A stretch of DNA of 64,000 nt, from positions 1 to 64,000 of the IMG/VR virus record IMGVR_UViG_3300001580_001418. One strand, written 5' to 3'. A program made the position numbers and the translations under genes. The stretch comes from a virus. Lineage: Duplodnaviria; Caudoviricetes. The notes beneath the pieces were generated by a model, which had not been told where the DNA came from, did no database searches, and was given only the letters and a program-made list of their open reading frames with translations. Each line of letters opens with the position of its first letter. The first letter of the stretch is position 1. This document shows, one piece after another, positions 19,965-28,319 of the stretch.

Positions 19965-20624
19965 CTACAGAACTACCGCTTCAGCCGACTTCGCCCCACC
20001 CCCTTTCTCGCTCACTCGTCCAACTCTCCACCGCTTCGGGTCAGGCTGAAGATATTCCTTCGGGACCGTTCCTTTCATTACCTTTCTCACTGGCAACACC
20101 GCGTATCCATCTCCCCCTTCATTCGCCTTCACCACCAGCTTCCTCGACTTCAGCCTAACCACCCGCCCCGCATGAACTATGCTTTTCTTCCGCCACCAAA
20201 CATCGTCCCCTGGCTGAAACTCTCTCACCATCCTCACTTCTTCCAAACCGTACAGCTTCCGAAACCAACTATTCGCAATCCGCGCGATCTTCTTCGCTGC
20301 CCTCACATCATCAACCGCTTTTATCGCCGCAATCAGCGCAGGATTTACATTCACCCCGTTCGTAATCTTCAACCCGTCGTCGTCCACGTCCTTTTTCAAC
20401 AGCGGCGCTTTATCAACCTTCTTCCAGCCCCCCTTCCTCTTCCTTCTCTCATCTACGATCGGCAATCCGAAGTTCTGCTTCTGCCCTGTCAGCTCCGCAT
20501 CCGACATCGTGATCGATCTACCGGTCATCCTGTGCTTCCGCTTCCTCTTAAACACCACTGCGGGCACCAACCCTTCCCTTTCCTTCAGCCTTTTCTTCGT
20601 CCTCTTCAATTCTGCTCTCGACAT
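19965..20624 (-). CDS. Basic protein, paralog of 19363-19932
   Basis: FQPGDDVWW...GRVVRLK aligns with its neighbour. Confidence 0.6.
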   Translation of the reverse strand: MSRAELKRTKKRLKEREGLVPAVVFKRKRKHRMTGRSITMSDAELTGQKQNFGLPIVDERRKRKGGWKKVDKAPLLKKDVDDDGLKITNGVNVNPALIAAIKAVDDVRAAKKIARIANSWFRKLYGLEEVRMVREFQPGDDVWWRKKSIVHAGRVVRLKSRKLVVKANEGGDGYAVLPVRKVMKGTVPKEYLQPDPKRWRVGRVSEKGGGAKSAEAVVL

Positions 20625-20717
20625 CTTCTGCCCCCTTTCTGTGTTCCAAAAATATAGAAATGATAAAAACCCCATACAGCGACAGCACCGAGAACAACAC
20701 AATCAAAACGTACTTTG

Positions 20718-21230
20718 TCATTGCATCCACTTCTCGACCACTTTCTCGTTTTCCAGCCACTCTTGATACGCCCAATCCATCTCGGCCTTCCACGTCTCGT
20801 CAAACACCTCATCTATCCGCCAATACTTGCACCGCCGGGCCACCTCTTCTTCTATCCGCTTCCTCAACCACGGCTTCTCTGTCTGCCTGGCCTCATCTAA
20901 CAGCCTCACCACCAGACCGTCTCCGTCAAGGATTGGGAAAACACCACCCTTAAAAATGATGGCCCGAATTTCCCCCCGTCTGACCTTCTCTTTCAGTTCT
21001 TCCTCTTCCTGTCTCCGGGCTTCAATCGCTTGCTTGAACTGCCACCGCTTCCTTCGCTTTTCCTTATTCCATCTCATCTCCCGTTCCGCTATGCATCTGG
21101 GTGGCGATAAATAAAGGTTAGTGGGCACCTCAACCGTCTTCCCGTTTGCTGGGTGGACAATAATCAACTTGTCGCCCCGCCTTTCAACCACTTTCACCAT
21201 CACGCCTGTTTCAATGTTCATCATTCTCAT
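20718..21230 (-). CDS. Hypothetical protein
   Basis: Co-oriented ORF, ATGA-coupled. Confidence 0.55.
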   Translation of the reverse strand: MRMMNIETGVMVKVVERRGDKLIIVHPANGKTVEVPTNLYLSPPRCIAEREMRWNKEKRRKRWQFKQAIEARRQEEEELKEKVRRGEIRAIIFKGGVFPILDGDGLVVRLLDEARQTEKPWLRKRIEEEVARRCKYWRIDEVFDETWKAEMDWAYQEWLENEKVVEKWMQ

Positions 21231-21424
21231 GCGCTCACCCCCTTTACGATCTGATGACCCCAATTCGTCAACGTCCAGTCAAGATCAACTATCAACTGTG
21301 CGAGCTTTGGATTGGTCACCCTCAACTCTTCCAGCTGGTCTGGTCCGTTGGCTTCTTTTTTCAACCGCTGTCTAATAATGATGGAGAGTTTTAGGACTTC
21401 TGGGAAAGGGACTGCTTTGACCAC
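21227..21424 (-). CDS. First gene of the leftward early operon, hypothetical
   Basis: GTG start with GGGGGTGAG RBS. Confidence 0.5.
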   Translation of the reverse strand: MVKAVPFPEVLKLSIIIRQRLKKEANGPDQLEELRVTNPKLAQLIVDLDWTLTNWGHQIVKGVSA

Positions 21425-21542
21425 GCTCTCACCCCCTTCATTAACTCAATTGCGTAAATTCAGGGTATTAAAAAAGGTAGAGAACTTGCTTGCTTCCGAC
21501 CATCCGCTTTTTGTGCTAACTGTCTGATTTCTCATTAGCTTC

Positions 21543-21571
21543 ACGCTAACACCGGCATCATTCTATGTCAA
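21543..21571 (-). promoter_or_regulatory. Putative sigma70 promoter of the early operon
   Basis: TTGACA-N17-TAGCGT. Confidence 0.4.
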
Positions 21572-22120
21572 TATTTTTTCATGGGGTTCGGCTGTTTGTG
21601 AAAAGAATTATTTAGCTTTTAAAGTTTGCGTAGTCTGCATTGGTTGGCACTTTTTTTGTCATGGAGATCGCTGAGCAGGTGTGTAGGAAAGTAAAGGGCA
21701 GTTCTGAATCAAGTAGTTTACATCGAAATACTGCGTTTAGATTAACTATGTAATTTTAATGGGTTAACTGTTTCGCCCCAATTTCATCAGGGGTTTCAGC
21801 CCAACCCCCGGACCGCGCCCCGGAAGTCAACTTTATACGGCCTTTTTAACTGGCTTCGGTACTGGATCTCTATCCTCAGGAGATGGAGAGGCCTTACGGT
21901 TTGCCAAACCACGCACCACGCCTATCCACCAAACTACGCAATCCGCCAAATTCAAAAACTTCAATTCTTCTATCTTGTAGTTCTTTCATTCTCAGTAGTT
22001 AATACTATCTCTTAATTCTTTATATATAATATATAGTGCAAGGGGGGATTCGATTTGGGGATGATGGGGATCGGACCCATTTTCTCGATCGGCCTATTGA
22101 AATTATTACGTTTTTCTTTT

Positions 22121-22351
22121 GTGCAATTAAATTGCAAAGGCTTTGCAAGTAATTGCATATATGCAAAGGATTGCAGTCTTAACGTAAATACTTAATATTA
22201 TTACATTTCATTTTTTCTCTCAAAACCATTTCTTTGTTCGTTTTCTGCAATTGATTGCACAAAAATGTTCATAACCCTGTGGAATTGCTGTGGAGTGTTG
22301 ATTGCAAAGCCAATTGTATTAAAAGTGCAACGAGGTGCAATTTGATTGCAT
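22121..22351. repeat. Cluster of phased TGCAA/TTGCA half-sites
   Basis: TGCA cores at 22122, 22133, 22144, 22154, 22162 and 22172, plus further ones at 22246/22256 and 22326/22336/22347. Confidence 0.75.
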
Positions 22352-22523
22352 AAGGGTATGATGGGGCTTTCAGACAAAAAATGCCATCAGCGGGATTACG
22401 AGGTATTCATGCTTCGGTCATCCTTTGCAATTCCTTTTGAAGATTCGGTAGTGACTCATTTTGATTTTTCCGGTTTCAATCCCCGCTTGACACCGAACGC
22501 GCAAACCCTGCAATAATGGATGC

Positions 22524-22763
22524 ATGAGGAGATCAAGCAAACCTCTTACGAAAGACCCCAATCAATTAGCATATGAGATTGCGCGTATCTCCACAGAAGA
22601 ATCAGAACAACCAAAGGAAAGGTCCCCGATCTCGGAATACCTCTCCCAAACTGGCCGCAAGGGTGGATTGAAAGGCGGGCCAGCAAGGGCAAAGAAGCTA
22701 TCTTCAAAGAAACGTAAAGAAATAGGCAGAAAAGCTGCAAAGGCTAGATGGTCTAAGAGTTAG
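22524..22763 (+). CDS. Small basic KGG-type protein typical of these IS ends
   Basis: GRKGGLKGGPARAKKLS..KRKEI..KAAKARW. Confidence 0.75.
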   Translation: MRRSSKPLTKDPNQLAYEIARISTEESEQPKERSPISEYLSQTGRKGGLKGGPARAKKLSSKKRKEIGRKAAKARWSKS

Positions 22764-23223
22764 AAGCATATTCCATTTCTGCTTCTTCCAAATCTAAAGT
22801 AAAACTAAAAGACATCTGTATGGGCTTTCCAGGATTCCGATTCTCGTTATAACTATCTATGTCAGTTTTAAGCTGTCTACAATCTCCAACAACCTGCTGA
22901 CGCCTTTGTTGGAATGCAATTTCCATATGCTGTCGGTCCGCAGTTCGAATATCTGCCCATAATGGGATCTGTTTACCATTCCGTTCTACTTTGGCTACGT
23001 GTTTGGCACGTACTGTCCGGCCCTGTGGATCAATGATATGTTCCTCGCGCATTGCCTGGGCCAACTGATTAGCACATTGATCAATGACGGCAGATGGTTG
23101 TGGTTGCCATAGTCGCTTCGAAACAGCCCAAGCAGCTATTTCATGTGTGGAAGCAGGCCAAGGTTGACCTGATTCCATGTAAGTATCTACAATCTTTTGT
23201 AATTGTTTATTATACACAGCCAT
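22753..23223 (-). CDS. Hypothetical protein, third gene of the higBA operon
   Basis: Overlaps the higA stop; GAGGT RBS. Confidence 0.7.
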   Translation of the reverse strand: MAVYNKQLQKIVDTYMESGQPWPASTHEIAAWAVSKRLWQPQPSAVIDQCANQLAQAMREEHIIDPQGRTVRAKHVAKVERNGKQIPLWADIRTADRQHMEIAFQQRRQQVVGDCRQLKTDIDSYNENRNPGKPIQMSFSFTLDLEEAEMEYASNS

Positions 23224-24367
23224 TTTCTACCTCCTTATCTTTGAAAATAGGGGGTGTCTGCCCCCAACCATCTGTTAAGGCTGATTGAATTATAATATGC
23301 CTCACCTTGTCTAACATTTTGCGATGCATTGACCACGGTATTTCCTTTCGAAATTGGAGTTGACCAACAACAATACCCGGATGTACCCCAATTCGTTTCG
23401 CAAAATTGACAATTTTTTGTTTTCCATAAAGAGGATGAATCCGTAAAATAAAATCGTTGAGTGCTGAATGAGTAACTAAGAATTCTGTGGCGAAAATATC
23501 TGCCTGCGCCTCGGTTTCAGTTATTTGTTCCAAAATCTGAGTTTCATCTCCGACAAGATCAGTGTCTAATGTTATATCCTTCAGCCCGTCCCGCCGTTTT
23601 ACATGGCCCAGTTCATGGGCAAGGGTATACCAAAACCCATCAATTCGGTCAAATCGCAGAGAAAGCACTATGACTGGAGTCCTTTCATTAAGCCAAAAGG
23701 TAACGCCGTCAATTCTTGTCTGCGGTAAATGTTCGGCTATGATGAAACGGATGCCAGATTCTGCCAGAATTTTGGGAACGTGCCTTATTTCTGGCACGCT
23801 GGTGAGTAGCATCTTTAGTTGTGTCAAACCATTTTTAAACGACTGATTAGAAAATGATTTTGCATGTACAGCATATGCAAGTTGCTTAGCCCTAAAGAGC
23901 CAAGCCTTATGAGATGGAAGAATTTCTTGTGTTCCCCTACGGGCTGCATGAGGATACTCAATAGCCTTGCCCAAGTTGTCAACTTCAAAGAATCGCATTA
24001 CTCTCTTCTCAAGAACCTCGATGTTTTCCGATGGTTCAATCCAATGTCGTTTAATCATCTCCTTGATTGGGGCAATTTGATATAACTTAGCACGTCTAGA
24101 AATCACATTATCGGTATCTTGTGTGCGCCATAATTGGTAAGCAATCTCTAGGTTCATCCAATACTGCGCACTAGTATCGAACGCCTCCCCAAGAGCCTTC
24201 GCTATTTCAGGCGAAATGGGTCTTTTCCCAAGGACTAATTCATTAACTAGGCTAGGTAGTCGACCGATGATTTCGGCCAATTCAACCTGAGTCCAATTAC
24301 GAGCCTCTAATTCTTCCTTAATGAACTCCCCTGGCGGAAAAACTTCGGCTATTTTTCTATCGTTCAT
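23210..24367 (-). CDS. higA: HigA-family antitoxin: Xre HTH plus ImmA/IrrE metallopeptidase
   Basis: PPGEFIKEELEARNWTQVELA...YWMNL; FWYTLAHELGH. Confidence 0.85.
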   Translation of the reverse strand: MNDRKIAEVFPPGEFIKEELEARNWTQVELAEIIGRLPSLVNELVLGKRPISPEIAKALGEAFDTSAQYWMNLEIAYQLWRTQDTDNVISRRAKLYQIAPIKEMIKRHWIEPSENIEVLEKRVMRFFEVDNLGKAIEYPHAARRGTQEILPSHKAWLFRAKQLAYAVHAKSFSNQSFKNGLTQLKMLLTSVPEIRHVPKILAESGIRFIIAEHLPQTRIDGVTFWLNERTPVIVLSLRFDRIDGFWYTLAHELGHVKRRDGLKDITLDTDLVGDETQILEQITETEAQADIFATEFLVTHSALNDFILRIHPLYGKQKIVNFAKRIGVHPGIVVGQLQFRKEIPWSMHRKMLDKVRHIIIQSALTDGWGQTPPIFKDKEVENGCV

Positions 24368-24384
24368 GGCATTCCCCTCCCCAC

Positions 24385-24681
24385 TTAATGGTAATCCTCA
24401 ATGCAAACAATAATCACGATCTTATGAGGATTATTCCCCTTAAATTCCAGAATAAGTCTCCATTGGTCATTTAGACGTATTGAATGTTGGTGTTTCCTGT
24501 TGCCTTTCAGTTTTTCAAATCTAAGAGACTTTTGGCTATAAAAATCTCTTTCATCAAAGGCAGCCCTTATTTGTTGCATGCGTTTTCTGAATGCCTTAAC
24601 AATACCTGGCTGATACCCTCCATCAAAGCCAGAATCAGTTTCCAGCCTATCAAGGCTGTTATCCTTAAAAATCACCTCCAT
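24385..24681 (-). CDS. higB: HigB/RelE-family toxin
   Basis: SLRFEKLKGNRKHQHSIRLNDQWRLI...IEDYH. Confidence 0.9.
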   Translation of the reverse strand: MEVIFKDNSLDRLETDSGFDGGYQPGIVKAFRKRMQQIRAAFDERDFYSQKSLRFEKLKGNRKHQHSIRLNDQWRLILEFKGNNPHKIVIIVCIEDYH

Positions 24682-24706
24682 TCCCAACAGATCACCTCTT
24701 GAAGCT

Positions 24707-24778
24707 AATATACAAGGTTTAATTGAAGATGTCAAGTATAAAATACTGAAATTCACGAATTTCAAAATTTCAGTATTT
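24707..24778 (-). promoter_or_regulatory. higBA promoter with upstream palindrome
   Basis: TTGACA(24735-24730)-N17-TATATT(24712-24707); 13-bp inverted repeat AAATACTGAAATT at 24741-24753/24766-24778. Confidence 0.65.
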
Positions 24779-24815
24779 ACAATATCCAAATTGCTCGAAT
24801 ATAATAGAACCTTAG

Positions 24816-25406
24816 AATGTTCCAGAGGAAAAACGTGGCCTGTTCGGATATGGGGACGTGTGGACGTGGGTTGCAATGGATGCAGAGACAAAACTTGTTC
24901 CTTCATTCATGGTAGGGAATCGCGACGCACAAGATGCGAATATGTTTATTGATGATCTCGCCTCTCGTCTTGCTAATCGGGTCCAACTCACAACCGATGG
25001 GAATAAAGTTTATCTTGAGGCAGTCGAGGGAGCATTTGGGTGTGATATTGACTACGCCATGCTGGTTAAATTATATGAATCAACCCAGGATGAAACTCGT
25101 TACAGTCCAGCGAAATGTAACGGATGCAAGGCAACGACGATCACCGGGATTCCTGATTTTAAGCATATTTCAACGAGCTATATCGAACGTCAGAATTTAA
25201 CGATGCGGATGGAAATGAGGCGATTTACCAGGCTAACCAATGCCTTTAGCAAGAAAATAGAGAATCACGCCTTCCATTTGGCACTTCATTACATGTATTA
25301 TAATTTTGTTAGGATTCACAAGACGCTGAGAATGATACCGGCAATGAAGGCAGAAGTTACGGATCACCCTTGGTCGGTTGAAGAGATCGCGGGGCTTCTT
25401 AACTAA
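24816..25406 (+). pseudogene. 5'-truncated IS1-family transposase
   Basis: GYGDVWTWVAMDAETKL, QLTTDG, STSYIERQNLTMR, RRFTRLTNAFSKK; the frame is closed by TAG at 24813, so the N-terminus is missing. Confidence 0.8.
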
Positions 25407-25411
25407 AAATG

Positions 25412-26434
25412 TTATTGTATTTTTATCACAAGATTATTCATTGCCGTGAGACAGTTTTGTAGATACTCTTCCTTGACCTGTACTCGCCGATTGGCAATTC
25501 TATGGGACCCTGCTTGGAGTAGGGGAAACGGAAGTCCCTTTGCAAAGGCAACTATGCCCGTTGTCTGAAAATCTCGTATTTCTGACAACCCGTTTTGGAT
25601 TGAGGAAAAAGTAAAAATTTGAGGATGTGAAGCCATCAAACCCATTATAAAAGAATCAATAGTTGTTAACACTGAGTGATATGCTGAAGCTGGTCCCATA
25701 TATTGTGTAAGTCGATTTTTGGCAATGATGTGTATTTGGGGCAAAGTTCTACTAGCCTCATGCAATCTTGAAGAAAAAGAATATTGAGTATAAATTTGTG
25801 ACGGTATGTTTATGCCGTGAACTAGGGCAAAGACATTGTGTACTGCACGTCGGGAAGAGTCATCGGCCATAACCGGCACAATTAAACGATCCGTACAAGC
25901 TAGAGCAATTTGGGTATAAATTGAAAAACTTGGATTAGCATCAATAAATATTATGTTATACTTTCCTCCCAGTGCAGCAATAAAATTTCTCGCCCAATCA
26001 ATTATAGAAATCCATGTGTTTACACCCGGAATTTGAGCGATAGCCAAAGTCGCGATTGCATTGGATTGAAGTTCAAGAACTGCATCGCCAGCGACCAAAT
26101 CAATATTTTCAGGGATATTGCTATTAAATTCTCTTGGGTTACAAATAAAATCGTCTGTATTAAATCCATTTGAGGAATATGGAGAAGGGAAACGAAATTG
26201 GAAATAACCGCCTATTGTTTTTCTAGGGTTTAACGATTGTAAATTTACCAAACTATTGTTTCCATTTCCTAAAAGTCCACCAAGAAACAATTCAGATAAA
26301 TTCGCTTGGGGGCAGAGATCCATTGCTAAAATCTTTTCGTTAGGATGACTTAATGCATACATAGAAATAGCTTGGAAGGCAAGGCTTGTTTTACCTGTTC
26401 CACCCTTATTGTTCCAAAATGCATAAATGGTCAT
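25412..26434 (-). CDS. ParA/Soj-family ATPase
   Basis: NNKGGTGKT, DLCPQANLS, IFIDANPS. Confidence 0.85.
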   Translation of the reverse strand: MTIYAFWNNKGGTGKTSLAFQAISMYALSHPNEKILAMDLCPQANLSELFLGGLLGNGNNSLVNLQSLNPRKTIGGYFQFRFPSPYSSNGFNTDDFICNPREFNSNIPENIDLVAGDAVLELQSNAIATLAIAQIPGVNTWISIIDWARNFIAALGGKYNIIFIDANPSFSIYTQIALACTDRLIVPVMADDSSRRAVHNVFALVHGINIPSQIYTQYSFSSRLHEASRTLPQIHIIAKNRLTQYMGPASAYHSVLTTIDSFIMGLMASHPQIFTFSSIQNGLSEIRDFQTTGIVAFAKGLPFPLLQAGSHRIANRRVQVKEEYLQNCLTAMNNLVIKIQ

Positions 26435-26631
26435 TGTTTTCTCCTTTGCTTCAATATTGCATCGTTGGGAAGCTATTTTGTCTGTTTGTAGCACTCCACA
26501 ATATTTTTATACCATAAATTTCAAAATGCGTCACTACCCGGGAATGAGCCACACGGTTTTTAATATATACCATTTCAATACTTTTTGGAAGTGAGTGAGC
26601 AGAGGGAAGTCACCATAACACTTAACAGGGT

Positions 26632-26835
26632 CTATGGGGTCAAGTCTTGACTTCCACATTCCAGGGTTTTGTCTTCGGCGACCTTCCGTTCCAGTTCCTT
26701 CTCAAGATTAATCAGTTCTACGATCGCAAGGGTCCGGTCTCTCTCCGCGTGCTCTATTCGTTTTGTGGCGGCGAGAAGTTTCATTATGCTCTTTTTCATG
26801 TCCAGGCTTATCTCCCGGGCAGACCGCTTCTCCAT
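26632..26835 (-). CDS. Small hypothetical protein, last late gene
   Basis: Co-oriented ORF. Confidence 0.5.
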   Translation of the reverse strand: MEKRSAREISLDMKKSIMKLLAATKRIEHAERDRTLAIVELINLEKELERKVAEDKTLECGSQDLTP

Positions 26836-26865
26836 CTAAACCCACAAACGCCACCATGCACTAAG

Positions 26866-27333
26866 TTATTTCTTTACGTTAGACTCCGTTATGGCCTTCA
26901 TTGCCTGCATAACGCTCTTCTCGAGGCGCAGCGTGATAACTTCCAATTCCTTCTTTACCAATTCCCTATGGTGATTTAGACTGTCGTCAAGCTTAGCAAT
27001 GAAAATGCCCGCCATCTTCGTAGTGACTTTCTCACAGATTATCTCATGATTCTGCATCATCAAAGGTCCTCCCCTTTCAAACATATCCTGCCTCCAATCC
27101 TCGATCTCACATAACCGGCAATTCATACCCTCTGAGCACTTCGCCTGCTTTTCCCTGCACCAATCAAAGAATTTATCCCTCGTTACGGTTCCCCCTTCTT
27201 TTTGAATTTCGGTTTTCCATCCGTGAAGGTCATTAAAAACCATTGTCCAAACAGTCCTTATCAGGACGCCCATTATGATAAAAAGCAATCCGATGAAAGA
27301 CGTAATGGCCCAAAAGACAAATTTACTTTCCAT
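26866..27333 (-). CDS. Membrane-anchored hypothetical protein
   Basis: N-terminal transmembrane helix. Confidence 0.6.
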   Translation of the reverse strand: MESKFVFWAITSFIGLLFIIMGVLIRTVWTMVFNDLHGWKTEIQKEGGTVTRDKFFDWCREKQAKCSEGMNCRLCEIEDWRQDMFERGGPLMMQNHEIICEKVTTKMAGIFIAKLDDSLNHHRELVKKELEVITLRLEKSVMQAMKAITESNVKK

Positions 27334-27353
27334 TAATTCTCCCCTGCTATCGT

Positions 27354-28310
27354 TTACGGATTCACGACATACTCTTGATTTATCGAGATCAACATTCTGG
27401 TTGTGCTCAAGGCTCTGCCAACGACTTGCTTGATACTGCCCTGTCCACTCGGCGGCGTGGCAGTAATTCCACCAGCCACAGTGTCAAGGTAATATCGCGC
27501 CCCTTCGGTCAATCCGGCAAGTCCATCAAGCGGCCCAAACAATATCACTTCCCCTTCCGTTGCATGGGCCACTTTCACGAATCCGATAGCAGGCTTCAAT
27601 CCGTCGGTGGCGTTGGCAAGCTGAAACGTGCTGGAACTTAAAACGGCAACGGGCTTCCCTGCCACAAATCCGCTCGTGTTCACCATTCTCAAAACGGTCT
27701 CGCCATTATTCAAAACGTCAACCAGCTGATTAACGTCCTCGGCCTTGACAAGACTCCCGCGCCCCTCATAAGAAACGTTGATCGTTTTCCCGGCGTCGGC
27801 AGAATGAAAAAGAACATCTCCAGTGACATAGTTAACCTGGAACTCCTTCGTCTGGACAGGAATCACCGATACAGCCGACCAAAACTCAGCAGTGAATATC
27901 CAATAATCGCCCAAATTAAAATCCTGGCCAGTTCCACTTCCAAACTGCACCGTCAGATCGAGCTCAATTGCGATCGGAAGGGCATCGGCAATGGGAATGA
28001 GCGTCCCCGACCACGTTGACCCATTATCAGACGACCACTTGAACGTTGCCGTCCCCCCTATGTCTCCCGCAGTGTCAATCTCGGCCTTATACGTCTTTGT
28101 CGCCAACCCGGAATAATCGCCCCCGCTTGCGCATGAACCCGAACCAGCTCCGGTCTTTGCCGTCGGGCTAATTCTTCGAACCTCAACCCCATGGTCGGGA
28201 TCTGGCACCTCTTGCAGCCTCAACTCGTACGGGCTTCCAGCGGGAACAACAAGCGTTTCGGCTATCGAGAGCGTCACGTCTCTTTCGTCGGTCACTTTTT
28301 TTAAGGCCAT
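27354..28310 (-). CDS. Virion structural protein (C-terminal cement/fibre-like domain)
   Basis: GLTEGARYYL...GGITATPP...QVVGRALS; beta-rich. Confidence 0.6.
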   Translation of the reverse strand: MALKKVTDERDVTLSIAETLVVPAGSPYELRLQEVPDPDHGVEVRRISPTAKTGAGSGSCASGGDYSGLATKTYKAEIDTAGDIGGTATFKWSSDNGSTWSGTLIPIADALPIAIELDLTVQFGSGTGQDFNLGDYWIFTAEFWSAVSVIPVQTKEFQVNYVTGDVLFHSADAGKTINVSYEGRGSLVKAEDVNQLVDVLNNGETVLRMVNTSGFVAGKPVAVLSSSTFQLANATDGLKPAIGFVKVAHATEGEVILFGPLDGLAGLTEGARYYLDTVAGGITATPPSGQGSIKQVVGRALSTTRMLISINQEYVVNP

Positions 28311-28319
28311 CTCACCCAC

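Larger units (their letters stand above)
22447..26538. mobile_element. IS1-family-derived non-autonomous element with passenger genes
   Basis: Terminal inverted repeats GGTAGTGACTCATTTTGA (22447-22464) and TCAAAATGCGTCACTACC (26521-26538), 17/18 match; internal transposase remnant; AT-richer than flanks. Confidence 0.8.

Noticed and set aside
21430-22446. CRISPR array
   Set aside because: Repeats are 5-6 bp half-sites, not 25-45 bp repeats with spacers
24682-24906. N-terminal extension of HigB in the ORF track
   Set aside because: It spans the promoter and the transposase remnant; the HigB domain starts at MEVIF (24681)
22435-26550. Target-site duplication around the IS-like element
   Set aside because: Flanks (GAAGATTC and CGGGAATG) do not match
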